Positions 10,044 through 21,490 of a stretch of DNA of 64,000 nt are shown one piece after another (position 1 is the first letter of the stretch; the number at the start of each line of letters is the position of its first letter). The position numbers and the translations under genes are program-made. The stretch is from positions 1,600,001-1,664,000 of the forward strand of contig OY970359.1 in NCBI GenBank assembly GCA_963718665.1, written 5' to 3'. Under the pieces are notes generated by a model, which was not told the DNA's origin, searched no databases, and saw only the letters and a list, made by a program, of their open reading frames with translations. The stretch is from an uncultured Phycisphaerales bacterium. Lineage in GTDB: Bacteria; Planctomycetota; Phycisphaerae; Sedimentisphaerales; Anaerobacaceae.

Positions 10044-11132
10044 CTATTTCAGTTCTGCGTCAATCCAGCCGGTCAGTTCCTTGATATCTTTCAGAGTGAT
10101 ATCGCCCATGTGAGCGATTCTGAAGGTTACCTCTTTGAGCTTGTTGTAGCCGTTGCCGAAGGCGGTCTGGTGCTTTTCCTGAACCGCTTTGATGATGTCG
10201 GCGACGACGACGCCCCTTGTGTTCTTGACGGTTGTCAGCGTGTTGGAGGCGTATTTCTCTTCGCAGAACAGCCCGAACTTCTGCTTTGCCCAGGTCCTTG
10301 TGTAATCGCCCATTTCCTTGTGGCGTTTCCAGACGTTTTCCATACCTTCTTTCAGCAGCTTGGTGCATTGATAATGCAGCCCGAAGATATGCGGTATGCT
10401 CGGGGTAGTCGGCGTCTGATTTTTCTCATTGGATTTGACAAATGGCGCGAAGTCGAAGTAGTAACCCCTCTGCGGGACCTTTTTGCATTTTTCCATAGCG
10501 CGATTGCTGATAGCCGCGACAGTGAAGCCGGGCGGGAGAGCAAACGCCTTCTGGACGGACGCAAATACGACGTCCCAGCCGAGCTGGTCGAAGTGCGTCG
10601 GCAGACCTACCAGTCCGCTTACGGCGTCAACAAGGACCAGCACATCGGGATATTTCTTCTTCATCATTTCGCTGACTTCATAGAGCGGGTTTGTAAGCCC
10701 GGTGCTTGTCTCGTTATAGACCAGCGTGACGGCGGCGTATTTGCCGGACGCCAGTTTCTTATCAATCATTTCCGCGGTAACGGCCTGACCCCATTCGACC
10801 TTTAGCTCGTCGCAGTTTCTTCCGCAGCTTTTCACGACATCAGCCCATTTATCGCTGAAGGCGCCGCAGCAGGTGGCCAGAACGTTTTCATTGAAATCGA
10901 CGCAGTTACGGATGGAGGCCTCCCACATTCCTGACGCTGATGAAGTAACAAGGAAGACATGCTGATTGGTGAAAAGGACTTTCTTGAGCATGTCAATCAC
11001 TTCACCATGCAGTTGTGCGTACTCTTTGCCGCGATGTCCCAGCGTCGGCCGAGCCAGTTGCTGAAGGACATCTTCCTTGACCAGCACAGGTCCAGGAATG
11101 AACAATCTTGGGGGTTTTCTCCAGTCAGCCAT
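10044..11132 (-). CDS. Class V PLP aminotransferase (serine-pyruvate / phosphoserine type)
   Basis: LFIPGP, YNETSTG, VDAVS, SVQKAFALPPG, FRIAHMG. Confidence 0.9.
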   Translation of the reverse strand: MADWRKPPRLFIPGPVLVKEDVLQQLARPTLGHRGKEYAQLHGEVIDMLKKVLFTNQHVFLVTSSASGMWEASIRNCVDFNENVLATCCGAFSDKWADVVKSCGRNCDELKVEWGQAVTAEMIDKKLASGKYAAVTLVYNETSTGLTNPLYEVSEMMKKKYPDVLVLVDAVSGLVGLPTHFDQLGWDVVFASVQKAFALPPGFTVAAISNRAMEKCKKVPQRGYYFDFAPFVKSNEKNQTPTTPSIPHIFGLHYQCTKLLKEGMENVWKRHKEMGDYTRTWAKQKFGLFCEEKYASNTLTTVKNTRGVVVADIIKAVQEKHQTAFGNGYNKLKEVTFRIAHMGDITLKDIKELTGWIDAELK

Positions 11133-11154
11133 AAACTTCTCCTCTTATAAAACG

Positions 11155-12465
11155 TTAGTGTTTATTTATCACCAGCCCGGTATAGACCTTCGGATAAAAG
11201 AAAGTCGATTTCTGAGGCATCCTTTCGCCGGTTGCGGTGACCATTTCAATTTGTTTCATTTTTGTCGGATTCATAAATAAGGCGGCCTGTTTGGCGCCTT
11301 CGTCAACCTGTTTTATGGAATCGTCTATTCCTTCACCGGTATCTTTTACATATTCGATATTGGCGCCTTCGGCGAGTCCTTTTTCGTCGATGCCAAGATG
11401 CTTTTCGATAATGAGCTTATGGAGCACGGCCACGTCTAAGGATTTCCAGTGTTCGCTTTTGTCCGGCGCGACGGCATCCATAAGATGCTTGTCTTTCAGC
11501 ACGGCCACGTAAAATGCTCCGTCAGCCGTGTATATGCCGAAGGCGTTTTTGTCTGCATCGAATTCGGCCTTCATTTTGTCCGACATTTTTTGCCTGGCCT
11601 GCTGTTTGGCCTTTTCATCGCTGAAGGCGAATGTTGTCAGGTCGAAGTCCTTTTTCAGTGCAGCGAGGAACTTTTTGCTGTCGTAGGTCTTGACATTTTG
11701 TATAAGCCGATGTGTTGCCAGTATAAGCAAGCCCTTCTGCCGCGTATTGACGAAGGCGGTCAGGACATATTGAGCCGATGGCTCGCCGGTTTCCTTATAA
11801 TAATTGAGAGCGGTTTCGTATCTGTGATGGCCGTCGGCTATGACGCAGGTCTGCGTGCTCATCATTTTTGTGATTGCGTCGATATCATTATTGTCCGTAA
11901 CGGCGAACAGCCGATGGCGGACGTTCTGCTCATCAACGAAATCGATAAGCGGTTTTTGCTTCATTGCTTTTTTGATGGTTTTGTCCGCGATGTTTTTGGC
12001 GTCTTGGTAGAGCATAAAAATAAGGCCGAAGCTGGCCTTGGTTGCCCTTCGCAGGTTCAGGCGGTCCGCTTTGGGCCCGGTAAGCGTGTATTCGTGGGGC
12101 TTGATGTTTTTGCCAAGCTCTTCGAGCTTTGCGAGCGCGATGAAACTCAGCCGTTGCGCCTTTATGCCTGCAATTTCGAAATCCTGGACATATCCGTAAA
12201 CGCTGTCATTGGTGTCGCGTTTGAGTGCCCCCGTCTGAAACCAGTCGTTAATCAGTTTGGCTGCTCGCGTATATTGATTATTGTCCGGGCTGTCGGATGG
12301 GGTTGTTTTGCCTTTGGTAATCCGGGCGATGTTGAATTTGTTTTTTTTGTAGAGCCGGTCCTGAAGGTCGGCGTCTATGACGTCATAAGGAGGCGCAATA
12401 CAACTCCCGACGTCGCCTACGACCGCCTCGTTAAACCTGTACGCTTTGAATGCTTTAATTTCCAT
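11155..12465 (-). CDS. DUF1015 family protein
   Basis: IAPPYDVI, PHEYT, IADGHHRYETA, MPQKSTFFYPK; start placed at MEIKAF (ATG 12465). Confidence 0.9.
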   Translation of the reverse strand: MEIKAFKAYRFNEAVVGDVGSCIAPPYDVIDADLQDRLYKKNKFNIARITKGKTTPSDSPDNNQYTRAAKLINDWFQTGALKRDTNDSVYGYVQDFEIAGIKAQRLSFIALAKLEELGKNIKPHEYTLTGPKADRLNLRRATKASFGLIFMLYQDAKNIADKTIKKAMKQKPLIDFVDEQNVRHRLFAVTDNNDIDAITKMMSTQTCVIADGHHRYETALNYYKETGEPSAQYVLTAFVNTRQKGLLILATHRLIQNVKTYDSKKFLAALKKDFDLTTFAFSDEKAKQQARQKMSDKMKAEFDADKNAFGIYTADGAFYVAVLKDKHLMDAVAPDKSEHWKSLDVAVLHKLIIEKHLGIDEKGLAEGANIEYVKDTGEGIDDSIKQVDEGAKQAALFMNPTKMKQIEMVTATGERMPQKSTFFYPKVYTGLVINKH

Positions 12466-13068
12466 TTTCACACGCAGGATACCGCTATAACTTTGGGTTG
12501 TAACTACTGGTAAACCCCACAGTGCTGAGCGATTCAAATTGTCATGCTAAGCAGAAAGAATACCAGATTGAGATGCGGTTTGTCAATCGACAGGAAATGT
12601 TTTTTTGATTACACAAATGACTCTCAGACGATATCGACCAGGATGAATCTCTGCTCTTTTTAGAAGACGATATGGCTGCATTTGCCGCAACTTTGAGCGC
12701 GAGGCGGATGTCCCAATGTCTCAGTTATGCGGCTTAGGTTCCACAACTTTCTGGTTTGCGGTCTGATGGCCGTTGGGCCATTGCCCGCACCGTGTGTATC
12801 GCCCCGTTAATTTTCTCCATACATATCTCATCGCCGCCAATCCTCCAAAAGGCAGCTAACTAATCGTGGATTATATAGGAATAAACCCAAAATTAGGGCA
12901 GAAAACGCGGAGATTCTGGGACTTTGGCGGAATTTACGGCGAGGGGAAGAAGAATTTATAAGGCAGAGAATAGATGCGGAGCAGATGTAATCATTGAAAA
13001 TTACCCCGACGCTTAATATACTGCCCTGTTGAGATGATTTTATCTTTTGAGCAGAAAGGGCGGTTAAT

Positions 13069-14388
13069 ATGCTTGCTAAGTTCCTGAATTTCATCCGAAC
13101 GGATATCTGGCGAATGCGTTTGCGGGACCACTCACCCGGCAAATCCCTCGTTATCAGGTTTCTGCGGATAGTAGCTCTTGCTGTCCGCGGCTTTAATGAG
13201 AATAAGTGCAAATTCAGAGCGTCTGCGCTGACTTTCTTCTCGTTGCTTTCGATTGTGCCGGTTATTGCCTTGATGTTCGGAATTGCCAAGGGATTCGGTC
13301 TGCAGGAGCGCGTAGCAGCGCAGATTCTCGAAAAGATGAAAGGTCAGGAAGAAGTTGCTAATAATGTTATTGCTTTTGCAAATTCACTCCTCGACAAAAC
13401 AAGCGGCGGCGTTATCGCCGGAGTGGGTGTGGTATTTCTGTTCTGGACTATCATCAGTTTGCTGGGCAATGTCGAAGGTTCCTTCAATGATATATGGGGC
13501 GTAGTTAAGCCCAGAACTTTTGGCAGGAAATTCAGCGATTACCTGGTAACGATGCTTGTGTGTCCGATTCTGCTGGCCATAGCCGGCGGGGCAACAATTT
13601 TTCTCAGCGGCCAGATTCAAACTTTAACCGAAAAATTTCCCGTGTTGAAAGATTTGGGGCCGGCGTTCTGGCTGGTAATGAAACTGCTGCCTTATTTTAC
13701 AATCTGGGTTTCATTCACGTTTATTTTCATTTTTATGCCTAACACAAAGGTAAGGTTTATTTCCGGCCTGATAGCCGGAATAGTCGCCGGTACTTTATTC
13801 CAGCTAATTCAGTGGGCATACGTGAATTTCCAGGTTCAGATTACCACAAGATACGCCATATACGGCAGTTTCGCCGCGATGCCTCTGTTTTTGCTCTGGC
13901 TTCAGATAAGCTGGCTTATTATTTTGTTCGGCGCGGAGGTCTCGTTTGCGCATCAGAACGTCGAGATATACGAGTTTGAGCCGGATTGCCTTTCGGCGAG
14001 CCATTCGTTCAAGACACTGCTTTCTATTCTTATTACTCAACGGCTTGTGCACAGATTTTGCGCCGGCGAAAAACCCAGTAACGCTTCCGGGCTCTCGCAT
14101 GAGCTGGAAATTCCTGTCCGGCTGGTCAGGCAGCTTTTGTATGACCTGTCGGAATCCGGTATTTTGTCGGAGGTCAAAAAAGGAGAAGACAAAGAGCTTG
14201 CGTATCAGCCCGCCACCGACGCTGATAAAATTACCGTGAAATTTGTCATCGACCGGCTTGAGCAGCGGGGCACTTCCAGCATACCGGTGCTTCGGTCCGC
14301 TGAAATGGACAAGCTTTCCGATTGTCTGCGGCAACTCGATGCGACCATCGAAAAATCGCCGGCAAATATGCTTTTGAAAAACCTGTAA
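13069..14388 (+). CDS. YihY/BrkB family membrane protein with C-terminal HTH
   Basis: ASALTFFSLLSIVP, FNDIW, YGSFAAMPLFLLW. Confidence 0.9.
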   Translation: MLAKFLNFIRTDIWRMRLRDHSPGKSLVIRFLRIVALAVRGFNENKCKFRASALTFFSLLSIVPVIALMFGIAKGFGLQERVAAQILEKMKGQEEVANNVIAFANSLLDKTSGGVIAGVGVVFLFWTIISLLGNVEGSFNDIWGVVKPRTFGRKFSDYLVTMLVCPILLAIAGGATIFLSGQIQTLTEKFPVLKDLGPAFWLVMKLLPYFTIWVSFTFIFIFMPNTKVRFISGLIAGIVAGTLFQLIQWAYVNFQVQITTRYAIYGSFAAMPLFLLWLQISWLIILFGAEVSFAHQNVEIYEFEPDCLSASHSFKTLLSILITQRLVHRFCAGEKPSNASGLSHELEIPVRLVRQLLYDLSESGILSEVKKGEDKELAYQPATDADKITVKFVIDRLEQRGTSSIPVLRSAEMDKLSDCLRQLDATIEKSPANMLLKNL

Positions 14389-14432
14389 TCTGCCGGTTTA
14401 TGTCTGCCTAACCAACTGGTCTCAGGGCACAG

Positions 14433-15226
14433 TTATTTTTTGCCGCCGAATATTCCTTTGACGCCTTCGACGACGTTCTTGCCCGCTTCGGTAGTAGTTT
14501 TCACGGCGCCTTTGCCGAATTCGGCGGTTTTGCCGAGCGTCGAGCCGATGCTTTTAACCATATCATCGGGCAATACCCCCGCACCCTGCTTGGCGACGCC
14601 GGCAGCCAGTGCGCCCATAACCTTCGACACAAGCGTGGCTACGCTGAGTTTTTTGTCCGTGCCGAGATTTTCCATTACTATCGGGTCAAGCTTCAAGCTG
14701 ACGGTATCGCTTTTTCCGGGGATAGGCAGCAGTTTTACCCTGACGTTGGTGTTAGTTACTTCCAGCTTGTTAACGGTCAGGTTTTTGCCCGGTTTTTCGG
14801 TTTTTGGCGTTGCCGATTTTTCTTCTTTGGGCATCTTGTCCAATATTTCGTTGAGGTTGTTCGTCAGTCCTTTTTGCTCAATCGTTAGCTTCGTATCGTT
14901 GAGCTTAATCAGTTGTATTTTTATTGTGTCGCGCATTAGTGAGCCGATATCGAGATTTATCACTCCATCGCCAAGCTCCAGCAGCGTCTCATTGGCGTAA
15001 CCGGGCGGATTTTTGACCACAAGGCCTTTAATCTTGACCTGCCCGCGCATAATCGACAAGCTGATGTCCTTAACTGTAACCTGGACGCCGAGGGTGCTGC
15101 TGGCCACTTTTTCGACTTCGGCTTTAATCATTCCTGCACCGAACAAATAGATGCTGACAATCAGGACAAGCAGGATTACCGCAATCGACACAACTACATA
15201 GGTAGCGTTTTTTTTGCCGATTTCAT
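14433..15226 (-). CDS. AsmA-like protein; apparent frameshift in an A8 run just after the start
   Basis: N-terminal TM then LGVQV...GLVVKNPPGY; GGAGG-ATG at 15226 is out of frame unless one A is added at 15208-15215. Confidence 0.7.
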
Positions 15227-15305
15227 TTTGTTGCCCTCCAAAAGGTTTAAATTGGTTGCCGAGTTTAGGTATCATAAATTTTATCCACATCGTTATCATA
15301 GTATT

Positions 15306-16070
15306 TTAGAACCTGTACATTATGCCGGCAAGGATAGATATTGTGTAATCCTTATCGACTATCGGGCTGTTGCGAATGTTACTGTCTAACCAGTAATAAG
15401 TTATGCTTGTAAGCAGAGTCCAGTTGTCATTGAGTTGGTAGTTTGCGTCAAGTCCGACAAACCAGTTGACGGATGCGCCCGGGTTGTATGCGGGTCTGCC
15501 CGGCCGTGCCTCGTCATTGCGGACGCCGTAGTAATAATCGGCGAGATTACTGCTGAGCAGGGCAAAGCCGACGGACGGCGATATATTTGATTTTTCAAAT
15601 TTGAATGGTTTGGCGTATGTTACCCGAAACTCCTGGCCGTCGTGCTGGCCTAGGGCATCGGTAAGGATTCTTGTATGCAGGTTGCCCCAGTCGCCGGAGA
15701 TTCCAAATTCGCCGCCGACGTCAACGGTCATATTCCGGTTGTGCATACCATCTAATTTTTCACTATCCTCGCCGTTGTAACCATCGAGCCGCAGTTTGCC
15801 TATAACGTCAAACGTCATATTGGAGTCGGAGAACAGTCGGCAGCCCGCGGTATCGATAGCGAAATAAAATGGTGCGCTGACAGCCGTGATAACGGGTATT
15901 GGATATATAGTCGGATTCATTCCCTTGTATGGCTTGATGGTAATCAGCGTGCCGGGGCCTACCAAAAGCATTGAGTTAGGGTCCTTCTGTGAGATTTGGT
16001 TGTTACCTTCAGCCAGGCCGGCTGAGCAAATAAACAGCGTCAGGAAAATTATCAGTTCCTTATTTGCCAT
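15306..16070 (-). CDS. MipA/OmpV family outer membrane protein
   Basis: PYKG, DYYYGV, RPAYNP, SPIV, C-terminal YRF. Confidence 0.88.
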   Translation of the reverse strand: MANKELIIFLTLFICSAGLAEGNNQISQKDPNSMLLVGPGTLITIKPYKGMNPTIYPIPVITAVSAPFYFAIDTAGCRLFSDSNMTFDVIGKLRLDGYNGEDSEKLDGMHNRNMTVDVGGEFGISGDWGNLHTRILTDALGQHDGQEFRVTYAKPFKFEKSNISPSVGFALLSSNLADYYYGVRNDEARPGRPAYNPGASVNWFVGLDANYQLNDNWTLLTSITYYWLDSNIRNSPIVDKDYTISILAGIMYRF

Positions 16071-16148
16071 CTATAAGCATCCTTTCAAGTTCGCTGATTT
16101 TCCGGACGTACCCATCGGCATTCAATTACACCTTATTCATATTTATCG

Positions 16149-17120
16149 TCATCCACCGATATTTATCTTGCCCGCATTTTTTATCGAAATTTCCCGTTGC
16201 GGGAATGGTATTGTTATGCCGTTGTTTTCCAGGGTGGTTTTAAGTTTGGCGGTAGTGTCGAAGTAAACATCCCAGTAATCCGCTGATTTTACCCACGGGC
16301 GAACAACAAACTTTACGGAGCTGTCGGCAAGTTCCGAGACAGCAACCGTTGGGGCCGGGGTTTTGAGTATTCTTGCGTCAGCGGTGAGGACGCCTTCGAT
16401 GACCTGTTTGGCTTTTTTGATGTCGTCGCCATACGATACGCCAACCGTCAAATCGATTCTTCTTGTAGCGTTGGTGGTATAATTGCTGATAGTGCTTCCG
16501 GTTATCTGGGCGTTGGGAATTATGATGCGGACGTTGTCGAGGGAGTCGAGCACCGTATTGAGAATCTGAATTTCCCGAACTGTTCCCTGGATTCCTGCCA
16601 CTGTCACATAATCCCCGATTTTGAAGGGCTTGAAAATCACCATAAGTATGCCGGCGGCAAAATTAGACAGCGAACCCTGCAGGGCGAACGCGACCGCCAA
16701 TGCCGCGGCGCCGAGCACAGCGATTGCCGCCGTTAGCTTTATGCCAATCTGGTCAAGTGCCGCGATAATCACGAACGCAAGCAGGCCGAAGTAGCACAAA
16801 TGCTGCACGAAGGTAACAAGGATTTGCTCAACATGTGCCTTGGTCATTGCCTTGCCGACAAGCGTAGAAATCCACTTTGCCAGCCAGCGGCCGATTGCGA
16901 AGATAAGAATCGCTGCCAGAAGGTCAACAGCGAAAGCGGTCCCTTTTGTAATCAGGAAATTTTTTATTATTTCGGCTACATTTTGCGGCCCGGCCTTGGC
17001 GGCATCGGCGATGGTTTGAGCGGCGTTTACATCCTGTGCCATCACGGGGATAACGCTTACGAGCAGGATTACCAATATGACCAGGTAATAAATGCTCATC
17101 TTTTTGATTTGAAGTTTCAT
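16149..17120 (-). CDS. mscS: Small-conductance mechanosensitive channel
   Basis: AFALQGSLSNFAAG, KPFKIGD, IPFPQ. Confidence 0.92.
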   Translation of the reverse strand: MKLQIKKMSIYYLVILVILLVSVIPVMAQDVNAAQTIADAAKAGPQNVAEIIKNFLITKGTAFAVDLLAAILIFAIGRWLAKWISTLVGKAMTKAHVEQILVTFVQHLCYFGLLAFVIIAALDQIGIKLTAAIAVLGAAALAVAFALQGSLSNFAAGILMVIFKPFKIGDYVTVAGIQGTVREIQILNTVLDSLDNVRIIIPNAQITGSTISNYTTNATRRIDLTVGVSYGDDIKKAKQVIEGVLTADARILKTPAPTVAVSELADSSVKFVVRPWVKSADYWDVYFDTTAKLKTTLENNGITIPFPQREISIKNAGKINIGG

Positions 17121-17299
17121 TTGGTACCCTCAAGAAACATGTTCGAGCTTATCCTTTCCCAAAATCATCGGGAAGGCAACATAATTTGGTTCTGTGCGTA
17201 ACAATAACTGCCGATGAATCAATCCCTGCGCCGAACTATTGGCGTAAAATCTACCCGCTCCGGCCAATAACGCAAGCAAAAAAACGGCCTGTCGGATTC

Positions 17300-17710
17300 T
17301 CATTGGCTCTTACGCAGAATGTCGCGGATATCGGTCAGCAGTATAACCTCAACCGACGGGAGAGCTGGCTCCGATGGCTTTGCTGCTTCATTTCTTTTCA
17401 GGGTGTTGATCGCCTTGACAACCATAAAAATCGCGAAGGCGATGATAACGAAATCAACGACTGTCTGGATAAAATTGCCGTAATTGAGCGTTACCGCGGC
17501 GGTTTTCTCCGTTGCCTCCTTCAGCGTTATGACCCGCTTGCTGAAGTCGATTCCGCCTATAACCAGCCCTATCGGCGGCATTATCACATCGGCCACGAAA
17601 GATGACACGATTTTCCCGAATGCCGCGCCTATCACGATACCAACCGCCATATCTACCACGTTACCCCTGACTGCGAACGTCTTGAATTCCTGTAACCATT
17701 TCATAGCCAT
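17300..17710 (-). CDS. mscL: Large-conductance mechanosensitive channel
   Basis: [26 protein letters not shown]. Confidence 0.97.
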   Translation of the reverse strand: MAMKWLQEFKTFAVRGNVVDMAVGIVIGAAFGKIVSSFVADVIMPPIGLVIGGIDFSKRVITLKEATEKTAAVTLNYGNFIQTVVDFVIIAFAIFMVVKAINTLKRNEAAKPSEPALPSVEVILLTDIRDILRKSQ

Positions 17711-17872
17711 CTCCTTTTAATTGATTCGCTTGATATTAAATCACCCGCCGTTTGTTGCGACGTTGAAATGCCGTGGGTAAAGTTTGCTGTTTTTACCGAA
17801 GTTTGTCAATGGCTTTGAGGATAGAACAGGAAAGGTCTTTTGATTATGGCTCAACGGAGGCCGTTGGCTGTG

Positions 17873-19267
17873 TTACTTTTTGCTTTCGAGGACTTTTAAC
17901 ATGTCGGGGTCGATTGCTTTGCCCAACCGTTCAGCGATTTTTATGTGCTTCAGGGCCAGGTCGTAATCCGCTGTTTTGTAATAGGCAAGCCCCAGTGCGT
18001 AATGAGCGTCAGCCATTTTCGGCGCAAGCGCCACGGTTTTCAGATGGCTTTTGATGGCATTCGCGTAGTCGCCTTTCTGGAAATATGCGACGCCAAGCTG
18101 GTAATGAATTTCGGCGTTATCCGGTTTTACGCGGGCGGCCCTGCTGTATTGCTCAATGGCGGCGTCGAAATCGCCTTTGTTGAAATAAACATTGCCGAGA
18201 TTCGCCATCGCCTCGTACATATTCGGATTAACCGCCAGCGCCTTGAGATACGCGTCGATTTCGTTTTCCGGCTGGTTGAGTTTATTGTAGCAGGTGCCCA
18301 TCCCAAGGTATGCCTCGGCGACATTGGAATCAAACCGTATTGCGGCGGTGTATTCGTTTATCGCGTCATTAAACCATTCGCGTCTTTGATATGCGTTGCC
18401 GAGGTTGTAGTGGGATTCTGCATCGTCGGGGCTGATTCTTGTCGCGGCCTGATACTCAGTTATCGCGTCATCCACGCGGTTCTTCAGTAGGTAGATATTG
18501 CCGAGATTCATTCGTGATTCCGCCAGCGACGGGTTGATATAAACGGCCCACTGCATTGAGGCCATCGCCTGGTTGACGTTGTTGATATCTTTGTAAACGT
18601 TGCCGAGGTTATTGAAGAAACAGCCCAGCGCCTGGCGCTTATTCAGGTTGGTCATATAAATAGTGTTGGTTTTGGGGACATTGAACTGCTCAAGATAGTA
18701 GCTGTCGGGGGCGCTGTTGCCCTGGTGTGTGGCCTCGATATTGAATCGTATTTTGCCGTCGTCGTATCTTACGAAGAAATGCCCCGGCACAACTACGCCG
18801 TAGAGAGGCAAACCAAGCCGTTCACCGATAGCCAGGTATAGAACGGACAAGCTCAGGCAATAACCCTGGCGCCTGTCCATAACCGAGTGCAGAAACAGGT
18901 CGTATGGGTCGGTGGCTTTACTGATTGTTTTGAAATTCAATTCATTGAACAGGTAATCGTTGATAATGGGGATTGCCGCAATGCCCATCGGTGCGTTTTT
19001 TGCTTTGAGCCGGCTGCGGATTTCCGTCGCGATATCGTCAAGCTGCTGCTGGTAACGCCTGCCCGCCACCATATCGCTCCACGCCTCGGAGACAATCAAA
19101 GCCGCTGTCCCCAGGTCAATCTGCTCAGGCGGCAGCCGTAACACCTCCTCGATTGATTTGGCGTACAGCCCGTCGAGATTCGCGTTTGCCAATGGCTCAT
19201 CTGCAAGGCAGGGCGTAACGACCAGAACAACAGTCAAACCAATTATTGAAAGCAAAAGCATTTTCAT
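17873..19267 (-). CDS. Secreted SirB1/transglutaminase-like domain + TPR protein
   Basis: GYCLSLSVLY, VPGHFFVRY, then about seven TPR repeats. Confidence 0.8.
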   Translation of the reverse strand: MKMLLLSIIGLTVVLVVTPCLADEPLANANLDGLYAKSIEEVLRLPPEQIDLGTAALIVSEAWSDMVAGRRYQQQLDDIATEIRSRLKAKNAPMGIAAIPIINDYLFNELNFKTISKATDPYDLFLHSVMDRRQGYCLSLSVLYLAIGERLGLPLYGVVVPGHFFVRYDDGKIRFNIEATHQGNSAPDSYYLEQFNVPKTNTIYMTNLNKRQALGCFFNNLGNVYKDINNVNQAMASMQWAVYINPSLAESRMNLGNIYLLKNRVDDAITEYQAATRISPDDAESHYNLGNAYQRREWFNDAINEYTAAIRFDSNVAEAYLGMGTCYNKLNQPENEIDAYLKALAVNPNMYEAMANLGNVYFNKGDFDAAIEQYSRAARVKPDNAEIHYQLGVAYFQKGDYANAIKSHLKTVALAPKMADAHYALGLAYYKTADYDLALKHIKIAERLGKAIDPDMLKVLESKK

Positions 19268-19466
19268 AAATCACCATTATAATTTATCTTCGGCTGCCCA
19301 CAACCGCATAAATGTCCTGCTTAACAAAAATTGGCCGGCGAGACCATTATCCGGTCAACGAATTGCAGAAGCGTAAAAGAAATTGTGGTAATGACAATCG
19401 GCCCCGCTAACCTGAGTATAAACCTTAGCGATGTCTCATCAACAACAAATGGCTTGGTTGGGGTGT

Positions 19467-19781
19467 TCATTTACAAAAGCAGTTTAGTTTATCTAACAGG
19501 TGTCCCGTCGAACTGCCTGTGATTTGGATTGTTTTGACAGGTGAGGTATGGCCGGAGGTTATTGTTATCGTATTTTTTTTGACACCAAGCACATCGGCTA
19601 AAAATTCCACAAGCGATTCGTTGGCTTTACCTTTTTCCGGTGCTGCCGCGAGTTTAACTTTAAGCATACCCCCTAATATGCCTGCTGCTGCGGTTTTGCT
19701 CGAACGGGGAACGACTTTGACTGAGAAGATGACCGCGTTAGCCGATTGTTGTATTTTCAATTGCTCCATATATCGCGGCAC
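19467..19781 (-). CDS. DUF167/YggU family protein
   Basis: VKVVPRSS, APEKGKAN, SGHTSPVK. Confidence 0.88.
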   Translation of the reverse strand: MPRYMEQLKIQQSANAVIFSVKVVPRSSKTAAAGILGGMLKVKLAAAPEKGKANESLVEFLADVLGVKKNTITITSGHTSPVKTIQITGSSTGHLLDKLNCFCK

Positions 19782-20090
19782 TCAGGACATGTCCGTTCGT
19801 TCGCGGAGATTTGCGCCGATGGCAAGCTGGACGTATTTTTCAATCTGTTCGGCTAATTCATTAAGCGACGGCAACTGGAAATCCTCGAAATGCCCCGGCA
19901 CAAATTCGCCGTTGAGGGCTTTTTTGAAGACGCGCACGCGAATGACCGACGGCTGTGAGCTGGCCCTGGTGTAATCGCTGTCTTTGTGCTCGGTCAGCTC
20001 GACCCGCCAGTCCTCACTTATAAATACCAGGCACTTGCCCGTATAAACGGCCGTCGGGAAATACTCATATAACGATTTCAGCGTTTCCAT
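19782..20090 (-). CDS. Hypothetical protein
   Basis: 102-aa ORF abutting the DUF167 gene; no recognisable motif. Confidence 0.65.
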   Translation of the reverse strand: METLKSLYEYFPTAVYTGKCLVFISEDWRVELTEHKDSDYTRASSQPSVIRVRVFKKALNGEFVPGHFEDFQLPSLNELAEQIEKYVQLAIGANLRERTDMS

Positions 20091-20215
20091 CGTCAGCTAT
20101 TATACACCGGCCGGTAACAATAGCAAATCACACTTGTCCGCTGAAGATTGAAAGATTATATTGCCCATGCCGGGCCACAGGATTAGTGGAATTGGCAAAA
20201 AACAGGAGGTCTTAA

Positions 20216-20839
20216 ATGAAAAGGTTGATAGCGCTTGCTGTTATAATGCTGGTTATAACCTCGTGTGCAACGAATCGGGCGAAAGAATCGGGCAAGGAGA
20301 ATATACCTTCCCTTGAGCCGCCGAAAGCCCTTGATGATGACTGGAGCAGATGGCTTGTCGGCAACTGGCAGGGCACAGCTAAATCGGACTTCGGCGAGCA
20401 CAAGGACTGGGCAAAAGGCAAATGTCGGCTGAATATCGAATTGGTCTTGAATGGTCAGTTTCTTGTCCGTAAAGGTCAGTCCCAGATAGTCAGTTTATCC
20501 GACGAATATGTAAAGCAACTTAAAGGGCAGCACCTGTCCGATTCGGACATTGAAAAGATACGCAATTCAACCTTCGAGAGCATGGAAGTTTACACCATAG
20601 ACCCTAAAACAGGGGAGATTACCGGCTACCTTTTTGACAGTTTGCGTTGTGTCGCCAAAGGAACAGGCAAACGGCAAGGCAATAAAGAAATTATTAGCTG
20701 GGTCTGGCCGGGTCAGGGGCAGGGTTCGAGCACGCGTGTCACCGAAAAAATAAGCGACGACAAGTTTATATCCACCGAAAAATATACGATGCCCGACGGC
20801 AGCGCAATGGAGGATAAAGCGGAAATGACCCGCAATTAA
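20216..20839 (+). CDS. Putative lipoprotein (beta-barrel, DUF1579-like)
   Basis: AGGAGG RBS, lipobox ITSC, WLVGNW motif. Confidence 0.65.
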   Translation: MKRLIALAVIMLVITSCATNRAKESGKENIPSLEPPKALDDDWSRWLVGNWQGTAKSDFGEHKDWAKGKCRLNIELVLNGQFLVRKGQSQIVSLSDEYVKQLKGQHLSDSDIEKIRNSTFESMEVYTIDPKTGEITGYLFDSLRCVAKGTGKRQGNKEIISWVWPGQGQGSSTRVTEKISDDKFISTEKYTMPDGSAMEDKAEMTRN

Positions 20840-20874
20840 AATACGCCGGACCTGGGACGCAGAAGCAAATCGTA

Positions 20875-21342
20875 TCAGCTTGTCTGGTTGGACAGATACT
20901 GAGGCAGACCCATCTGCTTAATCTGGTCCTGCTGTGCCTCGATTTCATCGACGTGGGCGTCCTCGTCCTTCAAAATTGAATCAAGAAGTTCTTTAGTGGC
21001 GTTATCGTTGACATCTGCCGCAAGCTTGATGGCCGCGTTGTAAGATTTGACCGCGCCAATTTCCGCGGCATGGTCATTTTCGAACTGCTTGGGGACGTCG
21101 GCACCGATATGAATGTCGCTGAGCTTACTGACTATTGGCGTGCCTTCGAGGAATAGGATACGTCCGATGAGCTTCTCGGCGTGCTTCATCTCCGTAACCG
21201 CCCGTCCCTGTATCATTTTCCCAAGCTTTTCATAGCCCCAGTTTTCGACCATTTCCGCGTGAACCATGTACTGGTTGATTGCGCCCAGCTCATCGGCGAG
21301 CAAGCCGTTGAGTGCCTTAAGTAATTGTGCGTTTCCTTTCAT
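20875..21342 (-). CDS. bfr: Bacterioferritin
   Basis: MKG...ELGAINQY..H, EMKHA..LIGRILFLEG, DEDAH. Confidence 0.95.
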   Translation of the reverse strand: MKGNAQLLKALNGLLADELGAINQYMVHAEMVENWGYEKLGKMIQGRAVTEMKHAEKLIGRILFLEGTPIVSKLSDIHIGADVPKQFENDHAAEIGAVKSYNAAIKLAADVNDNATKELLDSILKDEDAHVDEIEAQQDQIKQMGLPQYLSNQTS

Positions 21343-21490
21343 TTTAGTAACCCCTTTCCTGAATCAAAAAGTAGTATCTCGCTTTCCTGCCTCACAGCAG
21401 CATTCTAAAAAGAACAGCTTTCATCCGTTAGGTTAACGTTCTGTCACTCATTCGTCAAGACGAAAAGTAAGCAAAAATGCCGATTGACAT

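Noticed and set aside
12540..13068. Riboswitch or small gene in the gap upstream of DUF1015
   Set aside because: Only a 36-aa ORF with no recognisable features and no aptamer motif I can support
15281..15289. Perfect DnaA box TTATCCACA as oriC
   Set aside because: Single box, 10 kb from dnaA, in a short intra-operon gap; compatible with chance
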